Part shown: piece after piece, positions 12,134-25,246 of the stretch
How the letters are laid out: every line of letters starts with the position of its first letter
How positions within the stretch are numbered: the stretch's first letter is position 1
Assembly (NCBI RefSeq): GCF_006345805.1
Contig: NC_042997.1
Coordinates: 126,542,001-126,606,000, forward strand
DNA length: 64,000 nucleotides
DNA from: Octopus sinensis
Taxonomy: Eukaryota
Direction of reading: 5' to 3'
Position numbers and translations under genes: made by a program
The notes under the pieces: model-generated
The model's database searches: none
Told to the model about the DNA's origin: nothing
The model's input: only the letters and a program-made list of their open reading frames with translations

Positions 12134-12473
12134 GTATAACTATTTCATTATCTTATTATTGTCACATGATCTAGGAGGGTCATAGGGAAAAGATAGGAAC
12201 TTGGGAATTCATTATATTTGGGGGAATCAAAAACTGCAAAGATGTCAAATTTTTCAAAGACCTGCTGTTGTTCCAGTATTTAGTCAGCTATTCTGAGACC
12301 AGGCTCAGAACCACACTGTTTGTCATCTAATTTGTACTTGACATTGTTCTTACAGCTCTTCTGGTTAGTGGGGGTGGGGAGGTCATCTAACATAGCATTT
12401 ACAGCACTAAGTTTAACCTCCCAAAGCTTCAGGCCTTGTGCCTATAATAGAAAGGATTATTATTATTATTATT

Positions 12474-13017
12474 GAGTGAGAGAGCAGTGCATGCCATCGA
12501 AGTGACGCTGGGGCAAAATATATGAAACCCAGTATACCCATCATGACTACCCATCTGATAAGGGTACACTAGGCACATGCATCACAACCATATGTGTGCA
12601 ATATGGTTTCATACCAAGATAAACAGCACATGACCTTGCAGGTGGAACCCAGTTAGAATTTTCTTCTGGTCAAGTAGCCCATCCTGCTCAAAAGGTCTCT
12701 GAATAAGGGTTGTTTAAGGATGTTGAACGAAACACCCATGTTTCCAGAGGTGAATTATTCAAGTCCCAAAGAATCCCTCTCAACACATGGCTATGATGCT
12801 CCCCCCACTACTTCTGCTCATGATCAGAGATGCACATATTGTCAGCCACTAAGGGACATGCTCAACTGGTTAAGGTCAAACAACTGACAAGCAAATCTGT
12901 GGTATTGAGAAGAATATTTGCTGTAGTCCATCTTTTATACCAAGACAAAACAATGTACATGATAACCCTTCCAATCAGTTAAGATCAGAAGCCATGAGTG
13001 CCACTGCCTGGTACTGC
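12474..13017. mobile_element. ~545-bp unclassified interspersed repeat bracketed by (ATT)n on both sides
   Basis: Sharp boundaries into ATTATTATT at both ends; recognised as a common octopus repeat from memory only. Confidence 0.45.
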
Positions 13018-13902
13018 ATTATTGTTATTATTATTATACCTGTGTTTGTTTCGATATTAAGAATGAAAAAAATCGATTTTATTTGTAAAAACTTTTGGAC
13101 CTGGGTTTGCAGCCTCAAAGCATATTTCATACCTGCCCTTAGGATTAAGGCACCAACCAGCAATTACCATCTTACCCGTCCATCCCTCTTCAACATTCAA
13201 CACTTTCAGCTGCATTTAATCAAGCTGTATATAGGTTCAATAAGTAAGTGCATTTCACCACTTACAGCAGTAGGAGAACTGCATAATTAACAAGTGATTT
13301 GGTACTTGGTATTCCTGAGTTCAGTTTCTACCATGGCGAGGATCTTAGAAAATTGGGCATTTGAATCAAATAACAACCCCCAAAGATAAATGGAATATAA
13401 CCAACTGAGCCTTTTCATGACACACAACATGAAGGTGGAGTAATCAGTGGAGGTCTCGCAAAATAAGCCAACAGCATTTCATATCAAGTATTCATTGAAA
13501 TAGAGAAAATATTCTTATTCTTTTGATCTTGTTCATTTTACAAGTTATTACCACCACCACTACCACCACCACCACTACGACCACAACCCCGACCACAACC
13601 ACCACGACCACTACCACCACCACCAAGACCACCACAATGACGACGACAACGATGATCACCACCACCACCACTAACACCACCACCATTATGAGAAACAGCA
13701 ACAGCATTATTTTATTGTTATTATTATTACTGTTATTTATTATTATTATTATTACTATTATTGTTATTATTATTATTACTACTATAGCTGTGGTTGTGTT
13801 GTAATTGTTATTATTATTATTGTTGTTGTTGTTTGTTATTGTTGCTACTGCTGTTGTTGTTGTTGTCAGCATTATTATTATTAAAATGAAAACTTGTTGC
13901 AG

Positions 13903-14109
13903 ACAGACACATCAAAGTGGGCTGAAATCAATCTGAAACTTATCGAGAGCAAAATAGAGAAGGACAACGTTGTACCAGAGAGTGAAAATTTGTGTGAACT
14001 TCTGAACAAAGTCATAGGCCATTGTACACCTGTTGGAACAATCACCTGTTTCCTGAAGACATTTGGCATTGATTATTACAGTCATGTCTCACTAACTATT
14101 GACAGCCAT
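13903..14109 (+). CDS. BAIAP3/UNC13D-like: Coding exon 3: TDTSKWAEINLKLIESKIEKDNVVPESENLCELLNKVIGHCTPVGTITCFLKTFGIDYYSHVSLTIDSH
   Basis: Acceptor ttgttgcag|ACA and donor CAT|gtaaga; 207 nt, phase 0 to 0; lies within ORF 13894-14145. Confidence 0.88.
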
Positions 14110-14269
14110 GTAAGAAACATTTTTAAGTATCAAATTTATCATTGACTTAACCATTTATCGATAATAAACATGTACAGTCATCATATCAGCTCATCCTTAT
14201 CATAGTAACTATAATAATAATAATTGTTGAAATTATTAAGAGATGATTGATGAAAGTATCAATCTTCTC

Positions 14270-14790
14270 TTGAGTGAATGCAGTAAGCTAGCACAAAAAG
14301 AATATAAACATAGGTGAGACTGTGGAAGTAAATGAGTGCCTTGGGATGTCAGCTTAGTATGCAGATTCAAAACAACAGGAAAGTGGTATGAGTACAAAAC
14401 AAAGCAGAGTCTGTGAGAGAGAATAAGAATTACAGGTCCCTATGTGACCTCCCTATAAAGACTGACTATGCTATTGAAATAAGAAGACCAGTTATGATTA
14501 TAGAAAACAAAATTGTGTAAGATTAGAGACTTTGCAGCACCCTATGATGATAGAATTGATACCAAAGAAGTTGAAAAAATTGAGAAATATCAGGATCAAG
14601 TCAGAGAGCTGAGGAGACTGTGGAAGACCAAGACAACAATTATTCCTGGGTATTTGGTGCACTTGGCACACAAGCCAATTTGTTACCTGTAGGAATGAAA
14701 GAGACTGGAATTGAAACTTGCAGAAAAGTACCATCTTGTATCCTACCAAAATTCTAAGAAAGATTTTTAAGATTTGAAGAAACTTATCAT
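14270..14790 (+). mobile_element. R4/Dong-type non-LTR retrotransposon 3' fragment (CCHC plus restriction-like endonuclease)
   Basis: Degenerate SKLAQKEYKHR, KWYE, RRP, DFAAPYD, EKIEKYQD and ELRRLWKTK motifs. Confidence 0.75.
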
Positions 14791-14829
14791 CAAACCTCAA
14801 AATAACATTCCTTCTTATTAGATTAACAT

Positions 14830-15140
14830 GTACTAGCTTAATGGTGGTCCGTCCTGTTGATTTCAACTTATGAGTATTGATAATAGGGAAGTGCCAGAGT
14901 CTTAATGGCTTCAATGCGATTTTTGGAGTTGAGTTCAATTTCAGTATGAGTCTTACTCTTCTGTAATACTCCCTTCTTATTTTTTCCTTCATAGTAGCAT
15001 GTATACCATCTCCTTCATTTATCTCCAGGTATTTATAGCTTTCTTTTGGATCAAACTCTTTGATGGTAGTGTTGGTATCTAATTTAATGGAAGCTGTTTG
15101 TTTGAGCTTGCCTCTTATGAAAGTTACTTTAGCGCACACT
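14830..15140 (-). mobile_element. R4/NeSL-type LINE RT C-terminal fragment
   Basis: ORF 14498-15139: CAKVTFIRGK...YKYLEINEGDGI...MKEKIRREYYRRVRLILK is typical of RLE-clade RT thumb regions. Confidence 0.75.
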
Positions 15141-15836
15141 TATCAATTCTAAATTTTTCTCTGATTTGTATGTACTGCACTCTGTCCAGTTCAAATCTTT
15201 TATTTGCTTTCTTCTTAAAGTGAATTTTATGCCAGTTCCACTACTGAAACTAGTTACTATCTATAGGAGTGTTTCTAGTTATCATCTGCAGTATATAAAT
15301 TGAACTCATCCTTATATAACATCCATATGTAAAAGATGGTTTATTGTCGTTTCATGTATTTGCATCCAGGTCCAGCCTAGCTTAGCATATTGGTGAGTTA
15401 ATGCCAGGCAGAAAAGATAGAATAATTACATAAAGACTTCATCATTGGCTTGCATTTTGGTGGCTGTCATTATTGTTTAACCCCAGGCCAAACCTCATTG
15501 AGCAGACTGATGATCAAAAGCTTTCAGCTGAAAACATCTGGCTTTAGTAAGGGTATCTAAAATTACATCATCCATTGTAATCTTCCATTATTTAGAGTGG
15601 TAGGGTGGGAAATGAGGGAAATTTGGCTGTTATTTCTAGTGAGTCAGATCATCATATAAAGGTTCCTTTGTTGGCTTAGTGCACAGTGTTTATATTGACT
15701 GCTGTTGCTGTGTATAATTGAATGATAGTGATGATGATGATGATGAGGGATATGCTATAGCAAGACAATTATTATTTGATTAATGGTTAAACTAGTGTCA
15801 CAATCAATCAAATTCTTTATGTTTGTTTTTCTCCAG

Positions 15837-15997
15837 ATTTCCAAGAAAGCAAAACAACTGATGCTTGAAATGGACAAATATCAGAAGAAATATTACCGAA
15901 TCTCAGCCAATATCACGACAAGTTCTAAAGTATCTCTGCGACTGTATATCACTTTACGGAAGTTATGCAACATAATGAAAGGCAATTTTAGCCAAAG
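15837..15997 (+). CDS. BAIAP3/UNC13D-like: Coding exon 4: ISKKAKQLMLEMDKYQKKYYRISANITTSSKVSLRLYITLRKLCNIMKGNFSQ(R)
   Basis: Acceptor tttgtttttctccag|ATT and donor CAAAG|gtactg; 161 nt, phase 0 to 2. SLRLYITLRKLC resembles SLFQLYISLKELC of UNC13D at the start of MHD1 (recalled). Confidence 0.88.
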
Positions 15998-16151
15998 GTA
16001 CTGCCAGAGAATTTCATGATTGCATGTAAAGTTTGTTTCACAACTATATTTCTTGGGTTCACTCCCACTACATTGAACCTTGGGCAAGAACCTTCTACTA
16101 TAGCACTGAACTGAACAATGCCTAGTGCAGGGGTTTCCAACCATTTTTATC

Positions 16152-16551
16152 TATTCTTTTACTTGTTTCAGTCATTTTACTGTGGCCATGCTGGAGCAGC
16201 GCCTTTTAGTCGAGCAAATCAACCCCAGGACTTATTCTTTGTAAGCCTAGTACTTATTTTATTGGTCTCTTTTGCTGAACCACTAAGTTATGGGGACATA
16301 AACACACCAGCATCGGTTGTTAAGCAATGTTGGGGGGAACAAACACAGACACAAACACACACACACACACACACATACACATATATACGACGGGCTTCTT
16401 TCAGTTTCCGTCTACCAAATCCACTCACAAGGCTTTGGTCGGCCTGAGGCTATAGTAGAAGACACTTGTCCAAGGTGCCATGCAGTAGGACTGAACCCGG
16501 AACCATGTGGTTTGTAAGCAAGCTACTTACCACACAGCCACTCCTATGCCT
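16152..16551 (-). mobile_element. SINE family A
   Basis: Full-length match to the family consensus. Confidence 0.85.
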
Positions 16552-17434
16552 ATGGACACCTTTGATTACTCTTTTATTTGGGTGAACCCCCAGTCATTCA
16601 ATGTTTAAAAACTACCCACCGAGGTCGACTTTGTCTTTCATCCTTTCAGGGTTGATAAATTAAGTACTATTTGCATACTGGGGTCGAGCTAATCGACTGT
16701 CCCCCCCCTCTCAAAAATTTCGGGCCTTGTACCTAGAGTAGAAGAGAATGTTTAAAACCTAGTTTTATTTATTTTATTTTTTATTTTATCTAGTTTCAGT
16801 TCACAAGCTGTGGCCATGCTCGGGCACCGCCATTAAAGAGTACAACAGGGGTCGCCACTACCCGCTGTTGGAGCCTCATGGAGCTTTAGGTGTTTTCGCT
16901 CAATAAACACACACAGCACCTGGTCTGGGAATCGAAACCGTGATCCCCCAACCGCGAGTCCACTGCCCTAACCACTGGGCCATTGCGCCTTTATAGATAT
17001 TTCTATTTCTTTCAAAATTCCTATTTTGTTTTTCCTACATTAGATTGTCCTACCCCTGCTAACATGAAAGGCAGACATTAAATGATGATGATGATGGCGA
17101 CGACGATGACGACGACGATGACAGCTTGTGTAGTTGAATTATGTAAGATGCTAGAGAAAGAAATTTTGTTTCTTGCAATATATCCCAATATGTAAGTCTA
17201 AAATAAAATGTTTTCAGGGGATCTTAGACTACTATTGTGGATCCCTAGCTTACTACTTTACTTGTGTGGACCCTGCCAAAATCTTATGAGGACCCTCAGG
17301 GGCTCATATTGATCGTGGTTGAGAACCACTGGCCTAGTGAGTAGATTTGATATATGGAAACTGAAAGAATCCTGTTATGTGTGTGTGTGTATATATATAA
17401 ATGCACATACATACAGACCCGCCTGGCACCTGTG

Positions 17435-18030
17435 CCGATGGCATGTAAAAGGCACCCACTACACTCACAGAGTGGTTGGCGTTAGGAAAGGAATCCAGCT
17501 GTAGAAACACTGCCAGATCAGACTGGAGCCTGGTGCAGCCTCCTGGCTTCCCAGACCCCAGTCGAACCGTCCAACCTATGCTAGCATGGAAAGCAGACGT
17601 TAAACGATGATGATGATGATGATGATACATTGTGTGGTAAGTATCTTGTTTACCAACAACATGGTTCTGGGTTCAGTCCCACTGCGTGGCACCTCGGGCA
17701 AATATCTTCTACTATAGCCTCGGGCTGACCAAAGCCTTGTGAGTGGATTTGGTAGACGAAAACTGAAAGAAGCCCGTTGTATATATGTATATATATATAT
17801 ATGCGTGTGTGTGTTTGTGTGTGTGTTTGTGTGTGTGTTTGTCCCCCTAGCATTGCTTGACAACCGATGTTAGTGTGTTTATGTCTCTGTTATTTAGCGG
17901 TTCGGCAAAAGAGACCAATAGAATAAGTACTGGGCTTACAAAAGAATAAGTCCCGGGGTCGAGTTGTTCGATTAAAGGCGGTGCTCCAGCATGGGTGAAG
18001 TCAAATGACTGAAACAAGTAAAAGAGAAAG
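17435..18030 (+). mobile_element. SINE-C (17435-17625) followed directly by SINE-A (17627-18030)
   Basis: Both consensus motif sets are present in tandem. Confidence 0.8.
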
Positions 18031-18035
18031 AGACA

Positions 18036-18066
<31 letters not shown>

Positions 18067-18418
18067 AATTGTTCATTTATTCACTGGAGTGAGATTCATA
18101 TTTCCCACAAATTTGCTGGTTTGTAAACAATGGCTTTTTGATGGTGTCGTCTGCTTGCATTCCATTATCAAAAAGCATGTTCAAGCTGTTTGTTGTTTGC
18201 AAGTATGTAGTGTTGGAGAGACAGGAACAGCATCTTGTTTGAAAAAACAAAAAAAAATCAAACTACTCTGACATATTCATGTTTGACTCATGCAAGCATA
18301 GAAAAGTAGATTAAAATGATAATGACGATGACGACGACAACGACGATGATGATGATGATGATGATGACGACAACGACGATAGTGATGATGGTGATGATGA
18401 CGATGCTGATGGTAGTGG

Positions 18419-18459
<41 letters not shown>

Positions 18460-18911
18460 GTGATGATGGTGATAATGATGGTGATAATAATGATGAGGTG
18501 ATCTGCAGCTAAATAACAACAGTAACAACAATAACAGCAATAACAACAACAACAATAACACAACAACAGCCACTACTACCGCCACCACCACTCATTCCCT
18601 TGTACACCTTCCATCATCATCATCATCATCGTTGCCATCACCAATAGGGATTATGTTGATAGTGAATGTTGTTACATAGTAAGATCCAAAAGATACCAGA
18701 ATAGGATGATAGTAAGTTTCAAGCTTGTACACAACTAGCGTTTGTGGCTAAATTAGTAAATCATTTATTTGTCTCCTCATGACGATGTAAACAACCAGAT
18801 GAGTTTTGTGTAACTTACATAACTAACAAGTTATGTAACTAACATTGCTTAGCTATGAAACATATGTAGTCTTTATTTACCTTTTCCATTGCTTACATCC
18901 TTATGTATATG

Positions 18912-19005
<94 letters not shown>

Positions 19006-19110
19006 TTTTCTACACACACACACACACACACATATGTGTGTGTGTACAGATATAGATATTATGTATGTTTGCATATGTAGATGTGTCTTTATATGTCCTT
19101 CATCTTGCAG

Positions 19111-19237
19111 AGAGCAGTTCTTGTTAGTAATTGCCAATTATCAAACATGGTTTCTGGAATCCTTGATCCACTGGTTGATGACGTTCAAAGTAGAATGCCA
19201 GAGTAGAATGTCGAGAGCACTAGAAATGGATAAAGAC
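19111..19237 (+). CDS. BAIAP3/UNC13D-like: Coding exon 5: (R)EQFLLVIANYQTWFLESLIHWLMTFKVECQSRMSRALEMDKD
   Basis: Acceptor ccttcatcttgcag|A and donor GAC|gtaagt; 127 nt, phase 2 to 0. WF..W...R+.RA++MD pattern matches MHD1 of Munc13-4/BAIAP3 (recalled FHRWFQPAIPSWL...ARVQRAVQMD). Confidence 0.9.
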
Positions 19238-20590
19238 GTAAGTTTATCTCTTGTGTTTGGTTTAGTCAGTGATGTAACTAGTCCTACATGTTTAACCTAG
19301 TTTCCGGTACAAATTTTCTACCTGATGTGTTTAGCTGAGACACCCTGGTGCAAATTATAGCATGTGTTTATGAGTTACCTTATATGTTTAGCTTAGACTA
19401 TGCCATATGCTAATAAATTATTGATATATTACTGGCAACTGGCTCAATTAATAAATAATTGATGCATTGAATAGTGTATGTCTCATGGTTTTTTTTTTTT
19501 AACATTTGATTTAAATTTCAGCTTTTAGCCAACACCTTGTCAGCATTTGAACTCAATTAAATATAGTGGAGAGTTATTTTAGACAGTACAGCGTGGTACA
19601 GTCTTCTGGCTCACCAGCTCCTGTCAAACCTTCCAACCCATTCCAGATGGAAAGCAGACATTAAATGATGATTGATGTTTTTTTATAAATCTCTTTGTGG
19701 ACATGAAAGGAGGAATTGGTCTGATGGGTTTTCATCCTTTATGGGAACTTTTCAGGAATGAGTATTTGTCTGTAAATGTCAACAGAGACATTGTATTTAT
19801 AGCTACTAGAATTAAGAGCCTCATTAAACTGAAAAGTTTGATTTTCATAAATAATTCATTACTGGCTGCTAATTAAACTACTAAATTACTGACACATTAA
19901 GCAGTGTATAATTGATACTATAATTTTACCTTAAAGTAAATTTAAATTTTTAACCAATACAGTATGTCTGAGTAATAATTTAATTTATAATTTAAAACTA
20001 TAGAGTTTCTGATATGTTTGGCTTACTTTGCAATACATATTCACAAATGTATTCAGCACATATTCAGATATAAGGATGCCTCGTGTGTTTATTATGGACT
20101 GTGATGTCAGTTGCCTGATATGTGTAGCTTAGTCTGAAGTTCAGATTATTTCTTAATGTAAATAATCTAACATGCTTAGGTGAGGTCCTCGTGTGAGATG
20201 TCTGTTATGTCTGTGATGTAGCTTGTCTTTGTCTCAGGCACGAGATGCTTCATGTGTTCAGTTTAATCTGTGCTATAAATTGAGTAATGTTCTTACCTTG
20301 ATCTCTGGTTACAATTTCTCATGTCTTTAGGTTAATCTCCAGTGTAAGATACTGGATATATTTAGTTTAGTCTGCGATGTAAGTTGTCTAATATGTTTAG
20401 TTTTGTCTGTGGTGTTTGCCACAACACACTTGGAGTATTCATGGAGTTGCAGGGGTTGACAGATATTGGTTAAGCATAACTGTACAAATCTGCCTTATGT
20501 TCCATTGCTCTGCATTTTCTGTAGGGGTTTACTATTTTAGACCTATTTTAACGCTCAATAAAACAGCCTCACAAAGCAACAGGGCTTATT

Positions 20591-20990
20591 CTTTTCTACT
20601 CTAGGCACAAGGCCCGAAATTTTGGGGGAGAGGGCCAGTCGATTAGATCGACCCCAGTATGCAAATGGTACTTAATTTATCGACCACGAAAGGATGAAAG
20701 ACAAAGTCGACCTTGGTGGAATTTGAACTCAGAATGTAAAGACAGACGAAATACCTATTTCTTTACTACCCACAAGGGGCTAAACACAGAGAGGACAAAC
20801 AAGGACAGACAAATGGATTAAGTCGATTACATCGACCCCAGTGCGTAACTGGTACTTATTTAATCAACTCTGAAAGGATGAAAGGCAAAGTTGACCTTGG
20901 CGGAATTTGAACTCAGAATGTAATGGCAGATGAAATACGGCTATGCATTTCGCCCAGTGTGCTAACGTTTCTGCCAGCTCGCTGCCTTGA
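20591..20990 (-). mobile_element. Dimeric SINE-B bounded by a 14-bp TSD
   Basis: Two Meta-like cores in tandem; flanks CAACAGGGCTTATT (20577-20590) and CAACAAGGCTTATT (20991-21004). Confidence 0.85.
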
Positions 20991-21178
20991 CAACAAGGCT
21001 TATTATTATAGTGGGCAGAGTTTGTGCTGAACCACTCCCACTCTCTCATCTCTCAAATTTGTGTTGGTCAGGATGCAAGATTTGTATGGAGTTACCTTTT
21101 CTTAGATGAGGAGCTAAAGAACTGAAGGGCCTCATATATCCCAGGTCCATTGGGGTATCTGTAAGTGGCCCTCTAGAA

Positions 21179-21247
21179 GTAATTCCATGACATACTAAAT
21201 AATTCCATGACATACTAAATAATTCCATGACATACTAAATAATTCCG
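21179..21247. repeat. 20-bp tandem repeat TAATTCCATGACATACTAAA x ~3.4
   Basis: Directly visible perfect copies. Confidence 0.95.
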
Positions 21248-22838
21248 AACTAGGATCCTATCAGGTGCCACTACTCCATGTTAGAATAGGCCTGGAGATA
21301 ATGGTAGCTTAGAGTTGGTTCCACACCCCCTAAAACCATCGAACTCTCAAACCAGGGTCCCACAATCAAATACAGTTTAAAGGACCCAGGACAATCAATC
21401 TTGTGTATTTGAAATAAACTGTTCTATAATATCTGATACTTTAAATGATGTGTTTAGTGTTAGACAGCAGTGTTAAACTAATGTAGTGCTAAACTGTTGT
21501 ACGATATCAGATTATTGTTGAACTATTCATTAACATATGATGTGTTTAGTATTAGACTATTGAATGACATCTAATGGGGGGTAGTAGTGTTCGACTGTTG
21601 TGTGATATTTGATATGTTTAGAAGTGTGATATCTGATAGGTTTGTCATAGGTTGCCCTATGACATCTGATGCATTCAGTGCTAGATTGAGTTATGAAGAG
21701 TTTGACATCATAATTTACATGTCAAGAGCAATTAGTTAAGAGGTTTTTCTTTCGGCAGCAGATACAGGAGATGTGAATCAGTATGAAACACACTGATGAA
21801 GTTTGGCAGAAATAATGATTTAAAACATCTCAGAGTGTTTCAACAAGGACATATTATGAAACCATTGTTATTATAATACAGAAGTCTTGAAGTTGAAGTG
21901 ATATCAAATAAAGTAAAGAGGTTTTTTGAAACTGGAGACAATAAAAAGGCTTCAAAAATCCGACAATAAATTTATTGGTCATAAGTATCAAATAATATTT
22001 GTCATATATTAACATCAATGAAATCAATAATAAGTAAAACAAATATATAATAATCACTAAAGATTACCGATTCTAAAACAGTTTTCCATTTCCAGTGCTG
22101 TAAACAAATCCAATTAACATATTTTATTTCCTACCTGATTATTGCAAATGTCATACTGTATTATATTTTCTGTGAGTGATATCTAGAAAAGGCTTCTAGA
22201 AAATGTCAGTAGCAAACAAATATTGTTGTACAGAAAGTCTGAAAAAAAAAAAAAAAAAAAACTGTAACCATTATGTTTTCAGTTTGATATTTTCCATTTT
22301 TTGTTATATCTATTTGTCTGTGTTAGTATGGGTTGGAATGTTCTACAAATCTTTGTCGTCATCACCATCATTGTTGTTGTTGTTGTCATTGATATTGGCA
22401 TCAGCAGTTTTGGTGCTGCCACTGCTACCACCACCACCACCACCACTACCACTACCATCATGATCATCATGATCATCATCTTTCAGCACCCATCTTCCTT
22501 GCCTGCATGATCTGAGGATCTGAAAAGCTCAAGGACTGTGCTCCACTGTCTACTTTGGCATGGTTTCTATAGCTGGGTACCTTTCCTAATGCCAGTCACT
22601 TTACAGCATATACTGAGTAGTGCTTTGTTTGCATTACCAGCACTAGTGAGGCCACATTGCAGCTTGCAAGACTAAGATCCCTGTTGACTGAGTGGGACTA
22701 CAATAGAGAGGGAGGCAGCTTTATTCTAGGATATGAGAGGGTTGAAGTATGAGAAGAGCCAGAACTGAGCAGGTTTCTTACTGCTGAGTTGCATTATATT
22801 GTAATGAGTCAAAAGTTTTGCAATATTTTGGTAACTTA

Positions 22839-23200
22839 TGGCAGCGAGCTGGCAGAATTGTTAGCATGCCAGGCGAAATGCTTAGCGGTATTTCATCTGC
22901 CGCTACGTTCTGAGTTCAAATTCCGCCGCGGTTGACTTTGCCTTTCATCCTTTCAGGGTCGATTAGATAAGTACCGTTTGTCTGTCCTTGTTTGTCCCTT
23001 CTGTGTTTAGCCCCTTGTGGGTAGTAAAGAAATAGGTATTTCTTCTGTCTTTACATTCTGGGTTCAAATTCTGCCGAGATCGACTTTGCCTTTCTTCATT
23101 TCAGGGTTGATAAATTAAATACCAGTTGCATACTGGGGTTGATCTAATCGATTGCCCTGCCTCCTCCAAAATTTCGGGCCTTGTGCCTAGAGTAGAAAGG
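22839..23200 (+). mobile_element. Dimeric SINE-B bounded by a 17-bp TSD
   Basis: Flanks AATATTTTGGTAACTTA (22822-22838) and AATATTTTGATAACTTA (23201-23217); same internal junction AAAGAAATAGGTATTT as the 20591 copy. Confidence 0.85.
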
Positions 23201-23604
23201 AATATTTTGATAACTTATTTGCTTCATTCATCGTGTTAAACAAAAAACAACAAAAAAAAACCCAGCCTAGCATTCAAAGTAGAGACCATCATATGGCACC
23301 CTCTGAAGCCACCTTTCTGCCAGCTCTTTGATCCTATGATGATGCCTTGGAGGCACATGGCTTTGTGGTTAGGATGTTGGACTCATGATCATAAGATTGC
23401 AGTTTCGATTCCTGGAGCGGGCAGTGCATTGTGTTTTCAAGCAAAACACTTCATTTCATGTGGCTCCAGTCCTCCCAGCTGGAAAAAATGAGTAACCCTG
23501 AGATGAACCAGCATTCCATCCAGGAGGAGAATTTATACGCCATGAAACTGGGAAACCAGCCCTCATGAGTCAACATGACCCAAGATGTTAACCTTATTTT
23601 TACC

Positions 23605-23991
23605 TTTTACACTCTTTTACTTGTATCAGTCATTTGACTGCAGCCATGCTGGAGCACTGCCTTTAGTCGAGCAAATCGACCCCAGGACTTATTCTTTGTA
23701 AGCCTAATGCTTATTCTATCGGTCTCTTGTGCTAAGCTGCTAAGTTACGGGGACGTAAACACCAGCATTGGTTGTCAAACAATGTCGGGGGACAAATACA
23801 GACACATAAACACATACACATATATACATACACATATATACAACGGGCTTCTTTCAGTTTCCGTCTACCAAATCCACTCATAAGGCTTTGGTCAGCCCGA
23901 GGCTATAGTAGAAGACACTTGCCCAAGGTGCCTTGCAGTGGACTGAACCCGGATTCATGTGGTTGGTAAGCAAGCTACTTACCACACAGCC
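23605..23991 (-). mobile_element. SINE family A
   Basis: Consensus match. Confidence 0.8.
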
Positions 23992-23994
23992 GGT

Positions 23995-24620
23995 TCTTGA
24001 CTTTTGGGGTGAAGAACTCCTTCACTGAAGCTTCCACTACTTCATGGTTGATGAAGTATCATGAGCACAAGAAGTGAGCCATGGATCAGAACAAGTAACA
24101 ATCCGAGAGAGCTGGGTCCTGACTATATGGTGGGTGTGACATCAGTTTGATTCCCTTAAGTTCCTGGAGTTTATTACAGTGGTATGAGATCTTGTGTTGT
24201 CTTGCTGCAGAAGATCACGGCTTCTGTTAACCAATGCTGGGTATTTTTGCTACATAATGGCATACATCCACTCCACCTGTTCAGAGTACAGGTTGGTATC
24301 AATTATTCAAGTCTTTCATCCGTCTGGTGTTAATAATATAAAGAACCAGTCAAGCACTGACGTTGAATCATTGAACTAACCACTCTTTCACAAATTTCGG
24401 ATCTTGTTCCTTTTCATCTTCATCTTCATTTGTTGTCAATTTTTCCAAGTTCACATGGGTCAAACAGAATTTGTTGGAGCAAATTTTCTACAATGAAACA
24501 CGTTTCTTGTCATCAACCCACAACCATTTCCAAGCAAGATAATATTTCCTCATAACCAGACGTGGAAGATTGTAAACAAACAACATTACTTGTAGTATGA
24601 TAGTGATGCTCATTAACTAT
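23995..24620 (-). pseudogene. Mariner transposase relic
   Basis: - strand gives LLQQDNTRSH and SHPPYSQDPALSDCYLF*SM, degenerate forms of HDNARPH and HPPYSPDLAPSDY. Confidence 0.75.
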
Positions 24621-24840
24621 TGTCACATGATATACATGCACATATACACACACATATACACAGATATCAGGAGCAAAGGGAGTGATCGCTTCCTCTGAGC
24701 ATATTTTAAAAAACTGGTGCCTCTTTAACAATTGTTTTAAACTCTTTAATTACCTCTATTAGTAGTTTTAAGTTTCATACTTAATTACTTTGTTACTGAA
24801 ACATGAAATTAATAAATGTAGAATACAATAAGGTATATCA

Positions 24841-25246
24841 TAGGCACAAGAGTGGCCGAGTGGTTAGGAGCTTGCTTCCCAACCACATGGTTCCAGGTTC
24901 AGTCCCACTGCATAGCATCTTGGGCAAGTGCCTTCTACTATAACCTTGGACTGACCAAAGCCTTGTGAGTGGATTTGGTAGACAGAAACTGAAAGAAGCC
25001 TGTTGTATATATATATATGCGAGTCTGTGTGTATATATGTGTGTGTGAGTGTGTGTATTTGTGTGTCTATGTTTGTCTCCCCCACCATCGCTTGACATCC
25101 GATGTTGGTGTGCTTATGTCCCTGTAACTTAGTGGTTCGGCAATAGAGACCGATAGAATAAGTCCTGGTTTCGATTTGTTTAACTAAAGGTGGTGCTCCA
25201 GCATGGCCGCAATCAAATGACTGAAACAAGTAAAAGAATAAAAGAA
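24841..25246 (+). mobile_element. SINE family A
   Basis: Consensus match. Confidence 0.8.

Noticed and set aside
14498-15139. 213-aa ORF as a host gene
   Set aside because: The first half is a LINE RT fragment and the rest is antisense read-through of another LINE fragment.
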